Numbered from the stretch's first letter, positions 43,409 through 57,480 are shown. The stretch: 64,000 nucleotides of DNA from Octopus vulgaris (GCA_951406725.2 OX597832.1:63922001-63986000); one strand, 5' to 3'. Made by a program: numbers and translations. The notes: a model not told the origin generated them from the sequence alone.

Positions 43409-44063
43409 GTGTGTATATGGATGAATACACCGCTATCTATTGACGTTTGGCTAGCGCAATGTATAGTAGCGCCATGATAAGAATATCCTCAATTGAGTAA
43501 AAAATCATCAAAACACAAAATAATATGGCATAAAACACCCCTCCATTTTGAGAACAAAAACATTGATAAGAAACAAGGATTGTTCATAACTAAAGATTAA
43601 AGTATACTTAAGAATGGTCTCATAAACGAGAAAATCCAAAAACAGAGAACATAAATAATGTAAACGATCCAATTAAAATAAGTAATCTTACTTAGGTGAA
43701 GGACGTTATTGACTTTGCTTCCTAAATTATAGGACCAACATCTCCCTGGATGTTTCCCCCGTTGCCTACGTTTAGTGTTTATTTTACTAATACATTTAGC
43801 TTATTTGTATTTGTAACTATGAATTCTTCATCTACGTTCAAATGATTTTAAACAATAGAACATGAAATGCGTCAAATGACAGATATACAGTAGAAATGGT
43901 TCATTATCACAATAAGGGCCGTTTGGATAAAATGAAGCAAAGGCTTCTTATTTTACTGGGTCGACATAACCTTCATTTAAAAATAGGGAGTAAGGGGTTT
44001 GTCATGCAAAGAATTTCTGATGTATCAAGTGTTATGAGGAAATCGTATATATACACATATGCA

Positions 44064-44117
<54 letters not shown>

Positions 44118-44204
44118 TATTTAAATCTAGTTAATGGAAATGTTTTAGAATTGCTTGTATGAAGAAATTTGTGTGCTAGGGAAATAATACAAATTTTGTT
44201 GATG

Positions 44205-45800
44205 TCTTTGAAACCTATAAATTTCTAGAAGTGGAGGTGATATTATCAGTACTGTTCTAAATATTCGGAATATTCCTGAACTTATCCGTTTGCAGCTCAG
44301 AGTTGGAAAAGATGTATTCTGAAGAGTGTCTAAAAAGCCTGATTACCTTGAAATACAATTGATAATTTTACACGTTACATGCTTTCCAATGCAAATTCAA
44401 AAATCTGTCATGTACATATGGAAGAGCTTTGAAGTACTGACTATTTGATTTTAAATGCCGTTGGACTCATTTCTTTTAATGACCAAATATGCTTGGAAAG
44501 GTTTGATGTAAATTTTTACTGGATTCATCAATAAACGAATATATTGATAGAAACGAAATTTTGAATGAATCCTCGATCGATCCAATATAAATTATTGGCA
44601 ATTCTCTTGTTGTTTGGTTGTACATCTGCATAATACACTAAGCTTTCATCACTCCGTTTCCGATAAGAGGGCTATGATTTAGGGGAACACAATTACAGAT
44701 GCGAGAAAAGACTATTATAGAGATTGAAAAGGTTTTTCAATGCAATGCTTAATTGAATTGCCAAACAGTTTACAGCATAAATAACGCACTTCTATTGAGT
44801 TTCTGTTAAAAGTTTTAAGGTATCTATGATTCCTCAGAAAACGAAAAGGAATAAAATTTAGGAAAATAATTGGGAATATTTCTTCACTCACTTAAATCAA
44901 TAATTGGATAGCACCAGAAGATATTATTTGTGTATTTATATCTACGGGAGCGTTAAAATGGATTGCATATAATATTTTTTCCATAAAGTCACAATTGTAG
45001 ATGATCTTATGTTAACTTCTACTATAGGCACAGGGCTTGAAATTTTTGTGGGAGAGGCTAGTCTATTACATCGATCTCAGTGCTCAACTGGTATCTATTT
45101 TATCGACCCAGAATGAAAGAAAGGTAAACTCAACCCCAGCGATATTTGAACTCAGCACTTAAAACCGGAAGAAATATTGCGGTAATGATTTTGCCAGCTC
45201 GTTGGCCTCGGAATACTATTGAACGTAGCGGCTTCTGAAAATGATGATATACGTTTATTAATTCTAGGGATTACATTTTGTAGAAGATTTAGAGGAGGAG
45301 GAATAGATTTCATATTCATATAATAATAATAATAATAAATTTTTCAGTATATTTTCATGAAGACTAAAATCTATTTGTGCCTAAAGTTAAGATAATATCC
45401 AAATATCATCTCTGCTAATATTAATATCAACTGTAATTAGTAAACCCATTTCACCAAATCTCATTTATGATTGTTCATACAATGCGAGAATATAAGAAAG
45501 TCTTCTTTATATAAACCTCATCGCAAGGCTGGAATTATTATATACAGGAAGTTTACCTCATCTTGGAAACATCAGTCATTTTATTATCATTTGTCCCGTT
45601 TTGAGTCATCGAAAAGATAACAAAAATAAAAGGAATCTGTGCATAATTATCTCCATATTAAAACCATTCATTTATACAATAATGTTGGCGACAGTTAAAG
45701 CTTACGGACATACTAAATTTTAATAGCGTGAAGAAAATTGATCTAACTTCCTAACTACGCTTAATTTGGTTTTAGCGCGGTCCATTAACAAGAAATATAG
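44205..45800 (-). pseudogene. Decayed Penelope-like element (RT plus GIY-YIG endonuclease), interrupted by a family A SINE at 45016-45207
   Basis: Minus-strand peptides GLYKEDFLIF (about 45517; decayed GLYRDDGL), KTFNRNSIEVRYLC (about 44815), IIYIGSIEDSFKI (about 44596) and LSKHIWSLKE (44500-44471). A downstream hammerhead remnant CTGATAA...GAAA-TTTATAGG-TT lies at about 44250-44210. Confidence 0.75.
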
Positions 45801-46630
45801 CGGAGATATTTGACTGTCAAACTGTACGTTGACGGGTTAAAAATAACGACAAAATCTTAGTTGTTGACAGAATAACTTATTCGAAAAACAACGGAAAAGG
45901 GAATTCTAAGTTAGAGGATAAAAGATAATGTTATGTAAAATGTTATCAATATGTATACGAAACGATAATAAAAGAAAGCTCTATATGTGCAAATACGATG
46001 AAAAGAATATAATCATGGCTCAGAAGAAAGGTCAGATATTTTGGTTTGCTGTAGGCACGCTAGTAAAGATTTACTTATCAACTAAAGCATTTCTGAGATA
46101 TTTTGCTGGTAAATTTAGATATTTTTTATACACTAATCTTACAAAACTTTGAATACACTTTATTCTCGCACAAATATACATGTATTTTCATTTCTTTCTA
46201 TATATTTTTACGACTTTGCATCCACAGTTCCTGTTTTTCATATAGCAGTTATATTACCATCCAATAAGGACTTTGTTCGATTTTATTCACGCGACATCTA
46301 TTATGATAGTCAAACAACTCTATTGCATGTTTATTATACACCATAATCGTCTGACTATTATCGGAACCGAGAAGCTCGGATAATTTGTTTATTTCGGAAA
46401 GCGTATGTGTCTAAAGTTTTAGAGCTTCCATTAAATTACATAACGACATTACTAGTCTTGAGTACGCTCATCTCTCCATTCTATTGACCCTGAAGGATAT
46501 ATATATATATATAACTTGAACGTGTTGATTTAAACATCGTAAGATGATGTATTCGTCCCGAGAAATGATCTCGTATAGACATCGAGTGCTAAAACACAAA
46601 TTGTATCGACAGGCAAAATTTCGTCGCAAC

Positions 46631-46714
46631 CGGCGGATGGGACTGTTTTATCACGTGATTTCTGCGCAATTTGCACTTCTTCAGCAGCAAGCACCCTACT
46701 CTACTCATCTGCCG
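46631..46714 (-). ncRNA. Type I hammerhead with canonical core but a mismatched proximal stem I
   Basis: Minus strand: CGGCAGATG...TTGCTG-CTGAAGA-A-GTGCA-AAT-TGCGC-A-GAAA-TCACGTGA-TA-AAACAG..CATCCGCCG, with a palindromic 8-nt stem III. Confidence 0.65.
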
Positions 46715-47464
46715 CGCTTCCCGATATAATTTGTGTTTTTCAGCATTGAAAATCTATGCTAGCTGACTTCTCAGGACGACCACAGCAGCATACGGCGTTT
46801 AAAACAACACATCCGAGCTGCATGTTCAAATTAATATTCGTTGTAAAGCCCGCTTCTGTCACAAAAAGATAATATCTATATACATACATACATATATATA
46901 TACATACATATGGGCATTTATATCTCTACTTTAATACATAACTCGTTTATATATTGTCTAGGTTGTATTAATGCTTATGATAGATACATTTATATTATCC
47001 CATGTTGGCATCCAATTCGATTTTTGCTTTTGTTTAGCCCTTCTTGAAATTTATCACAACAGTCATTCCATTACCGAATATCACGTGCTTTATTCACCCA
47101 CTGGGCGCCTGCTATCTGTGACTGCACTATTTTATGCGTGCGTTTTTCATGCTTTAAAAATGTGGTTTCTGAGAGACTTTTCTGATTCGAGGTAAATTTG
47201 CACGCTGTTTCTTTGCAGGCCGACCAACTATTGCATCGAGGCATGATATATATATATATACATGATGGATGACAAAACGTTGCGTAATCAGCTTCATTAG
47301 CTTATAGTTGCTCCTACTAGGAAGCAGTGCACTCCCAGCTGAGTGCTTCTGCTACATCATACAGCTTTCTTGATCCATTAAAATGGAATTTATTTATTTC
47401 GGAAAACATATGTATATTTAGCTCTAAGAACTGGTTATTAATATCACTATGCTTTAGTGAAATC

Positions 47465-47659
<195 letters not shown>

Positions 47660-47791
47660 GTATATCTTTTCTTTTATTTCTCAGTAACCACATTCTTGCA
47701 ATCTCTATATGTAGATATCTATATTTAGTTTTGCCCTTTCTTTGAAAAGTATATTGTCACCGGCTGCATTTGTCACTACTATTAAGTTAGA

Positions 47792-47855
<64 letters not shown>

Positions 47856-48363
47856 TTTATTATTTTTATTATTATTTCTAATATTAGATGATGGTTATGA
47901 TGACGATGATGACGATGATGACGATGATTAAGTTATATGTTTATCTCTATCGTTGTTACTTCTATTGTTGTTGTCGTCGACGTGTTTCGTGTCAGCGTTA
48001 CTCATTTTGTTTTTGTTGAATTTAGTTTTAGTGAACGTCATTGTTATTCTGGTTATACATTTTTACGACTTTAAATAGCATTAAGGAAATGATTTTAAAC
48101 GTTGAAATAATTCTGGAAAAAAAATTCTTCCTAAAGAATACAAAAACAAAAACAACAAAGGTTTTTCTTTAAATAAAACATAAACAACATAAAATGAAAA
48201 AAACAAAAACAAACCAAAACTGAAAGTAAGAGAGGCTAAAAGGGAATTTAAAAAATCATTCACAAAGTAAGAATAACAGAAATATAATAGAAAAACACGA
48301 CTATATATATAATGTATGATTGTATATATTTATCATGTATATATTACATATGATAATGGTTTA

Positions 48364-48410
<47 letters not shown>

Positions 48411-48629
48411 TTTCCTTATTCGTGAGAGTAAGGTCTCATATTCTAGATAAAATATCGAGTGTTTCTAAAATAAGTAGAGTTAACTATAAAAGTTTATTTG
48501 TGTCTAACATACAAAGTTATTATTTTATAACTTCGCTCCTATACTTGAGTCTTTTCATAACTGTATTAGAAAATCGTCACATATATAGAAATAGCATTTT
48601 TAGTCTGTTAGGTAGCCGTTAATAATTTT

Positions 48630-48686
<57 letters not shown>

Positions 48687-49057
48687 AAATATGTACATAT
48701 ATACTCATGAATATATGCACATACATGTACAAACACATATACATGGACATATATATGTATATATATATTTACATATATACATGTATATATATAAATGGAG
48801 AAATCGAATGAACATGAATAGTTGGAAATGTACTATAAACGAAAGTAAATATAAAAACATAAATGGTAGAAATAAATAAATATAAAATGAAATATGAGGT
48901 AAAATGAAAATATAGATGTGATTTCCCATCTGTTCCTCTGCAATGTTACTAAATTAAAATTTATTGAAAAATTTCCAACTATTCGGAATTACGGCAGATA
49001 CGATGAGGAAATGAAAGAAAAAAATAAATAAGAAGGAAATAAATAAATGAATATGCA

Positions 49058-49125
<68 letters not shown>

Positions 49126-49211
49126 AAATAAATGATGATAATAATAATATAATAATGAAAATAAATAATAATAATGATAAAAATAAATGATAATAATGGG
49201 AATAAATGATG

Positions 49212-49244
<33 letters not shown>

Positions 49245-49327
49245 TAATAATAGTGAAAATAAATAATAATAATAATAAATAATAATAATAATAATAAAAA
49301 TAAATGATGATGTTGATGATAATAATA

Positions 49328-49370
<43 letters not shown>

Positions 49371-49489
49371 GTAATAATAATGGTGTTAAATAATTTAAAA
49401 AAGGAAAGGTAAAACAAATCGATAATATTGTAAACGGCTTAGTGTAAAATGGTTTAGTGTAATAATAATGAAGATTATGATAAAACAAT

Positions 49490-49551
<62 letters not shown>

Positions 49552-50181
49552 GAATGGCAGAAAGAGTGGGAGAAAATGAAGTGGAAATGGACAAGAAATT
49601 TAATTATGGATAGCGTTTAATAAGTACATGTACGAACAAACACATATACATACACACATTTACTCTCACAAATACATGAAACACACGCGCACACACACAT
49701 CCTATATAGAAACATATAGATAGGTATAAACACACACACACACACACATATATATATCTTCACACCATATATAGCAATGCATATATATTTATAAACACAT
49801 AATTAGCCTATCAGACATTGTCAAATACATACGTGTGTGTGTGTGTGTTTGTGTGAGTGTTTTTAACTGGAAATATACTAATCTCATTCAAACCGGCCAT
49901 TGTTGACTAGTTCTCCCTCTTCTATCATTTTGAATTCTTATAATTTTCTTCATATGTTTATAAATCTCTCTACAACACTTGGAATTCAGCACCCGATCTC
50001 CAGCGTGTGTAATAGTTTCTGTTCTTTTAGGTGTACTTCTTAATTTTGCTGCAAATATTACGTATACCACCATTTGCCCATGTCTTTTGAGTTCTACCCT
50101 AATTGTACGACCGAACATGCATGCATGCATACATACATACATACATACATACATACATACATACATACATACATACATACA

Positions 50182-50213
<32 letters not shown>

Positions 50214-50258
50214 GATACAAATATATATTTGAATGTATGTATATAAATATTTGTGTGC

Positions 50259-50289
<31 letters not shown>

Positions 50290-50295
<6 letters not shown>

Positions 50296-50645
50296 AAATC
50301 CATACTGTCTGTCTGTGTGTCTTCTAGGATCTCGGGCATCCTCCGTCCGATTGCGCTCAAATTTGATATGTAGATGCCGACGGTATCAGGGCGTGTATAA
50401 GTTTTGAAAAGAATTACAAAAATCGATTCCAGGTGAGAATGCGATCGATAAAGCCGTGGGAACATGCATTTGTACGCGTAAGTACATCAGTCGAAATCCG
50501 TCTTTTGCTGGTGTCTCAAATTTAGGTTAAATCATTGTTTCTCAGAGGGGAGGCCTATGGGACGGTCGGATAATTTGTTTTGAGAAAATTTGGTTTAAAT
50601 GTTTGACAACTCAGCACTGTCCATTGGACGGGGGCGTTTTGCTCG
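50290..50645 (+). mobile_element. Possible non-autonomous Helitron/Helentron-like fragment
   Basis: tatacataaaat..ctgtctgtctgtgtgt...ccgattgcgctcaaatttg resembles the 5' organisation of such elements. Diagnostic termini were not confirmed. Confidence 0.3.
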
Positions 50646-50699
50646 TGTGTGTATATATATATATATATATATGAATTGAACTATGTAGAAGTTCCGGCG

Positions 50700-50940
50700 A
50701 GTTTCATCGTGTTGTCTCTAGTGAGAATTGAGGCCTTTTGGGGATTTGCAGATCCTGTTGCAGCTAACATTGGGGGTAGACTGGACCCGGCTTCACAGTG
50801 GACTCCTTTCTCCTTCAGGGGGTTGATTCTGGATGTCAGAGATGGGTTGGTAGCAAGATCTTCTTCCCTGAGCTTCGTTCAGTATCTCCAATTCGAATGT
50901 TTTCAGGTTTGTCCTGCATGTTTTAAAGAGTGCCTCTCTC
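50700..50940 (-). pseudogene. Decayed RTE-clade LINE 3' end
   Basis: Minus strand encodes CNRICKSQ/KGLNSH*RQH, resembling the RTE C-terminal C..C.R.C.S.IGL.SH.R.H zinc finger. Confidence 0.55.
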
Positions 50941-50973
50941 TATATATAGGTTGAGGTAAGATCAACAAAAAAT

Positions 50974-51141
50974 GCAGGAGTGGCTGTGTGGTAAGTAGCT
51001 TGCTAACCAGCCACATGGTTGCGGGTTCAGTCCCACTGCGTGGCATCTTGGGCAAGTGTCTTCTGCTATAGCCCCGGGCCGACCAATGCCTTGTGAGTGG
51101 ATTTGGTAGACGGAAACTGAAAGAAGCCTGTCGTATATATG

Positions 51142-51195
<54 letters not shown>

Positions 51196-51406
51196 CTTGT
51201 GTGTCTGTGTTTGTCCCCTTAGCATTGCTTGACAACCGATGCTGGTGTGTTTGCGTCCCCATCAGCTAGCGGTTCGGCAAAAGAGACCGATAGACTGGGC
51301 TTACAAAGAATAAATCCCGGGGTCGATTTGCTCGACTAAAGGCGGTGCTCCAGCATGGCCGCAGTCAAATGACTGAAACAAGTAAAAGAGTAAAAGAGTA
51401 AGAGTA
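50974..51406 (+). mobile_element. SINE family B, full length and young
   Basis: A box TGGCTGTGTGG, B box GGTTCAGTCCC, CORE-like GGCATCTTGGGCAAGTGTCTT, internal (TA)n(TG)n, tail GGCGGTGCTCCAGCATGGCCGCAGTCAAATGACTGAAAC and (AGTAAAAG)n. Confidence 0.92.
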
Positions 51407-52331
51407 TCCAGTGAGAGGTAAATATCATTTAATGTACAGAGAATAAAGTTACGGGCTATTAATAGTTTCTTGTTTTGGAAACATGTGTCCAGGCATGTTT
51501 TTATAACACGCCTTGCGTCTCGAAGTAAACTTCAGGCTCTGAGTAGATGATCGATTCTTTTCGCAAATCAGGATGCTGGTACAAGAGAAATTACGAGAAA
51601 ATATGCGCGCGTGTGTGTGTGTGTATACGCTGTTTTCTGTGTCTGGAGGAAAAAGAAATATGCAGAAATTTTGCAGCTTCTCCGTACCCACAGAGATTCG
51701 TGCCGCCGTTTTTGTTCCTGTTCAACATCTGCTGGAGATCGGAATCCTCCACCTAAACCCAACGTTTTCTGAAGGAAGGACCAGAGGAGCAGTAAAGGCA
51801 CAAAGAGAAGGAAGGGTTTCGTGGACAAAAAGTGATGAGAGAAATCACAAATGGCTCGGGAACGTTAGGATCGAAATGGCAGGAGCCCCACTTAGCTCCA
51901 AGAAAGTAGAAACCATGATGGTAGCAGTAGAAAAGGCAGAGGGAAGAGACAGTGCACCAGTGGGCCCCCAGGGGGAATCTATCAGTGAGTAACTTGAGGC
52001 CAATCAGCCAGGTGAACTTAGCTGGTAAAAGTACAGTCTGCGTTGCGAGGTAACAGCAGCACTGAAGCAATTGTGAGGTCAGTAAAACAAGCTAGGCTTT
52101 ACCTCACTTTGCAGTGACAATAATTGTTAAAAGTGAAACTATTCACAAACACACAGAAATTGATATTGTTTTACACTAAAAAGTGGTATGCGGTACCAGA
52201 ATTCTCGACTTGGGTCAAATACTAGGAAGTATTACAAATCTTTGTAAGAGTCACTGCTTAAGTGGAGTCACGTCCAACTAGTTTGTGGTAGTATCGAATC
52301 GTATTTTTTATAAATATGAAGTTAAAGCGAA

Positions 52332-52737
52332 TACTCTTTTTTACTCTTTTACTTGTTTCAGTCATTTGACTGCGGCCATGCTGGAACACCGCATTTAGTC
52401 GAGCAAATCGACCTCAGGACTTATTCTTTGTAAGTCTAGTACTTACTCTATCGGTCTGTTTTGCCCAACCGCTATGTTACGGGGACGCAAACACACCAGC
52501 ATCAGTTGTCAAGCGTTGTTGGGGAACAAACAGACACACGAACACACATACACACATATATACACATACATATATACGATAGGCTTCTTTCAGTTTCCGT
52601 CTACTAAACCCACTCACAAGGCTTTGGTCGGCCCAAGGCTATAGTAGAAGACACTTGTCCAAGGTTCCACGCAGTGGGACAGACAGGAACCATGTTGTTG
52701 GTAAGCAAGCTACATACCACACAGCCATTCCTGCGCC
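52332..52737 (-). mobile_element. SINE family B, full length, inverted relative to 50974-51406
   Basis: Collinear reverse-complement match over the whole length. Confidence 0.92.
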
Positions 52738-52888
52738 TATAGTGATATAGTGATATTTTGAAATAATTCAACTCGTACGGTTCAAGTTTGTGAGTTTCTT
52801 ATCATAAATTACATGAAGATCTGAAACGTGCATACCAAATGATTTCAAAATATCACTATTCGGTTTTACTTTATTATTGCAAACTGAT

Positions 52889-52919
<31 letters not shown>

Positions 52920-53243
52920 CGCACACACGCACACACACACACACAATCACACATACACACAGAAACATCTTGTGTATATCTATAATGTATTAATATCTCA
53001 TAAAATTATGACTATTCGCAGAGTTGCATTCTAGTAAATAACTTAATAAGATTGAATTCCCCAGTATTATGGAAATTAATATGAAATAAAGCAGACTGAA
53101 TTATTAAATAACCAGAGGCATAGAGTGGGAAATAAAATATAATATTTATATCAATATATAAATATATATATAAATATAAATACATATATATGTAAATATA
53201 AATATATATATAAATATAAATATATATATATATGTAAACATAA

Positions 53244-53293
<50 letters not shown>

Positions 53294-53473
53294 ATATAAA
53301 TATATATATATGTCAATATATATATATATATATATATTAAATATATATATATATGTAAATATAAATATATATATGTAAATATATATATATGTAAATATAA
53401 ATATATATATATATAAATATATATGTATGTAAATATAAATATATATATGTAAATATAAATATATATATAAATA

Positions 53474-53616
53474 TTGGGTTGTCCGGAAAGTTTGTGCCGA
53501 TTTTTAAAGGAAAGAAAAGGTCAATAAACACTTGCCATTACATTTTTAATGAACCTAATATGAACCATTTTGTTGCACAATTCGTCTCCATCTTTCCTTT
53601 AACTTGAAAATACCCT
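53474..53616 (-). mobile_element. Mariner transposon 3' end (TIR plus transposase C-terminus)
   Basis: TA|TTGGGTTGTCCGGAAAGTTTGTGCCGATTT is a mariner-type TIR. The minus strand encodes GIFKLKERWRRIVQQNGSY*VH*, the typical mariner C-terminus. Confidence 0.8.
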
Positions 53617-53619
53617 CAC

Positions 53620-54620
53620 GTGCCCTGATAGCCACCCTTGCAAGCTATGCAGACGATACGAAAGTCTCGCAGAAAATACAGAACCCCAGCAATGTTGCAC
53701 ATCTGCAGCAGGAGTTGGACTCAATCTACAGATGGGCTGAAGATAATAACATGCAATTTAATGCTGAAAAATTCCAAGCCCTGCGCTAAATGCGTCCAAA
53801 ACTGAATATGAAACTTACAGGGTCCACTGGTCCACAGAGAATTTCAATCCCAGAGCCTAAATCAGTGAGGGACCTAGGTATAGACATGAGTGATGATACC
53901 TCTTTCCAAGTGCACATTACCAGGATGGCGACAACGTGCAGACGACTGCTCTGGATGGATCCTAAGAACATTCAGAACCAGAGATAAGGAAACCATGAGT
54001 GTCCTCTGGCCGACATTTGTCCTCAGCCGCCTAGATTACTGCTCACAGATATGGTCACCCACCAGTGTGAAATTAACAGCATACCTTGAAGCAATCCAGA
54101 GAAGATTCACAAAGAAGATCGTCTCTTTGCAACAGCTCAGCTACTGGAAAAGGTTGAAACAGCTAAGACTCTACTCCCTGGAGAGAAGACGGGAGAGGTA
54201 TGCAGTAATATATATCTGGAAGATCTTGGAAGGAATTGTGCCAAATTTTGGCATTGAAAGCTACACCAATGCTAGAACGGGTCGACACTGCATAGTGCCA
54301 AAGACCCCACCAACGCCATCGCGCTTCAGGACCAGTTACTGCAACAGCCTGGGTTTCAGGGGCCCACAGCTTTTTAATATTCTCCCAAAGAGCGTGAGGA
54401 ACATACACAAAGTAGATGTAGATGTTTTAAAATCAAAGCTGGACCTCTTCCTGTCGAGAGTCACACATGAACCTACCTCACGGCAAGAGGTGCAAATGAG
54501 GGTAGCTACATCAAACTCCATTCTTCACCAAGTACCACATATTAGAGGGGGCTCTCAGTAATAACAGTGTAGTGCAAAACGGTGGTGCATCAGCATGGCC
54601 GCAGCTCTGAGCTGAAACTA
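53620..54620 (+). pseudogene. 5'-truncated CR1/L2-group LINE ORF2 (RT C-terminal part) plus 3' UTR; one stop and one frameshift
   Basis: SYADDTK...LQQELDSIYRWAEDNNMQFNAEKFQAL, VRDLGI, LSRLDYCSQIWSP, LEAIQRRFTK, RLKQLRLYSLERRRER. Stop at 54559-54561, then a short tail and (TATC)n at 54631-54724. Confidence 0.92.
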
Positions 54621-54628
54621 GAGGGATA

Positions 54629-54727
<99 letters not shown>

Positions 54728-55914
54728 ATATGTATGTATGTATTATATATCGGGAAACGTGTGTATATGTATGGTAAGTGGGTGTATAATATTCCGGTAA
54801 AGCGGTTGTTTATTAAACATATACAAGAAGAGGAGTGAAAGAGACTTCGAAGTTGCCACTTGCAAGCCTTTGTGAGACTGTCAAACGAAAGTGCTGAGTA
54901 ATTTTTCAGTTTAATTTTGAATTGTTTTTATTATAACCCGACGTAAAACAAACATACATAGTTATTCAGTTATACAGTTATACAGGTATTCTCCCGTTTT
55001 TAATGAAGGCCCATTCTCTGCTAGTCAGGAAGTTTGGTTCCCGTTCATAATGTCGTGAGTTCAGTTATTGCTCTGGGCAATGCATTGTCCTTCAGCAACG
55101 TACTCCATTTTACATTGTTCTTATCTACCAACTGAAAATGAGTACCAACCAAGTACCAACTCATACTCTTTTACTCCTCTATCTCACCCTCTCTCTATCC
55201 AGCTGTCACGTACTCTGCGTGCCATTGGGTTAGAGGGCGGTACAGTTGAGCAGGTGGCTACGTCTGCTTGTGGCTACACGGGCTTAATGGTAGCATGGTG
55301 CACGTTAACAAACCATAAACATTCACGAGCGATGGTTGGCCTTCATATTCTCACACTTTCTCATGGATAGCGTCCAGTATTGCAAACCCTCTTGGCAAAC
55401 GTTTCATTCGTTTTTTTTTTTCTCCCAGACTTATTGGCCCCTTGTCTTGCCTCTGATCTAGGGACACTTGGCCTAGAGAAGCACTTTGATATGTGTGAAG
55501 ACTACCCAAGTTAGCTGAAATTAGCGTTGGCTTTCCACCATTTTTCTCCCATGTTCTCAACAAATGAATGCTACACAATCTGTGTGTGTGTGTGTGCGCG
55601 CGCGTGATTTTCTTTCGAATTTTATTTAAGTTCTTGAAAGAGAGTTGAAGCCGCTCGCTAACAAAGCAACAAGACTTTTTGAGTCAAGAGAGTTTCCGGT
55701 GTTTGTAGATGTGTGGTTGAGTTGGTGTGTTGGTTGAACTGTCGGTGCATACACCCAAGTGTGTGCATCTATTTATATATGAATCTCAGATGAAGAACTT
55801 TTGGGATTCTGCATCAATTTCTTTTGGTCTTTCTTCATGAAACCGAGTATTTCTAGGATTTTGTGTCGATTTGTTGGTAATACACTTATGATGTTAAATA
55901 CAAATGAGAATTCA

Positions 55915-56295
55915 GTCAGGATACAGGAGCTGTAAGTTCCGCATTAATACGCCATAACTGTTCTCTTTTATTTTTCTGGACTTTTCATTGTACATTCACA
56001 CCCGCCAGGCCGCTGACATTGGGATGCTCCACCAATGTTCGTTGTTTTTAAAGGCGTGAATACCTGCTGCTACGGATAGCAGTGTAAATAGTATTTGCAA
56101 CTATATCATGTCTCAGTATCGGGTAGTATCTCGTAGACATTTTGGGGCAAAAGCTGATAATGTGGCTAACATCTTCTACAGACAGAGCTGACATTTTTTT
56201 TATACCAACGTGGAGGTTTGTAGTATCTTTGTCCCTTTTGTTTATCAGGTATTTAGTAGCTAACTCTTGTTCGTGGATAGCAAAGGCATATCCTT
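55915..56295 (-). pseudogene. Decayed R4/Dong-like LINE C-terminal region (CCHC knuckle, RHD motif before the restriction-like endonuclease)
   Basis: Minus strand: GYAFAIHEQELATKYLINKRDK...CQLC/SVEDVSHIISFCPKMSTRYYPILRHDIVANTIY. Confidence 0.7.
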
Positions 56296-57259
56296 AGTGA
56301 GATGTAACGTACCTATCGCAGGTTCAGGAGAGGCTACTCTCCCTGTCAGTGCTGTTATTGCCCTCTACCTTACTGTTTATGTACCCTTGCATTGTTACTT
56401 GTTAGTATAATGCCTGCTTCTCCTCCAAGTTTCTGCTTAGGGTGGCCTTTCCAACCTCCTTTGTATTTTCAGTGCACCCACGCAATAGTTCTTCCCCAAC
56501 TCTGACGATGATGTTGCGCCCTCTTTTGAGTATGCATAGAATGTACGCATTTATTTCTTTACTGTTCAGCATGTATGTATGTACGTCATAATTCAGTTTA
56601 TTCCAAGATTTCTTGCCAAGAGAGAAAGAACCGGTTTCTAACCTAGATCTAAGGCTCCTTCATTGGAATTTCAACATCAACAACAGGGTATTTTTTTATG
56701 TATATAAGTATATCTGTATGTTTCATGTATGTATTCTCATTCAAATAGTTGCATATCTAGACATGCTCATACATATTTAAATGATAATATTATGTATGCA
56801 TGTACGTACGTACGTACGTAATGTATGTATGTATTTAATACATATAATGCATGCATGTATAACACCCGCCTCATTTCGAAACCGAAAATCTTGCTCTTGC
56901 TTTTTTCTATCATACTCGGTTTTGCATGCTGTTATTGACTCTAAATTTCAGCACGGGTATTGCTGGCAGCCGTTGTTTTTAACATTTAGGTTAAGATAAT
57001 TTGCAAGTGATGGTCATACTTGTATACAAGTTTGTATGTATGTATGGATTAAAAAAAGAGGTATCATTTAGAGCTTCAGTAACTGAACTCAACTTTGTAA
57101 ACTAACAAAACAGTGGTTCATTGAACCAACGCATCGCTCTAGACACCCGATCAATCAAAAGATATGAAATTGACAATATACACAACATAAATAGAGCTAA
57201 GGTGTATTGGGTGACTGGATACTGCTTCGTAAGTGCTTCCTTGAAAAAATTAATATACA

Positions 57260-57428
57260 TGTGTAGGGATGGTTGTGTGGGTAAGAAGGTCCATTTGCAA
57301 CCTTGTAGTTTTGGGTTCAGTCCCACTGCATAACACCTCGGCAAAGTGTCCTCTATTATAGCCCTAGTTCAATCGATGTCTCGTGAGAGAATTTGGACAA
57401 AACTGTTAGCAAGCTCGTCGTGTATATA

Positions 57429-57480
<52 letters not shown>
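57260..57480 (+). mobile_element. SINE family B head, diverged, ending in (TG)n
   Basis: ggatggttgtgtgggtaagaag...gggttcagtcccactgca...ctattatagccc. Confidence 0.7.

Noticed and set aside
51573-51992. 139-aa plus-strand ORF between the inverted SINEs
   Set aside because: No recognisable motif or clear splice sites, and it includes a TG repeat. Left unassigned.
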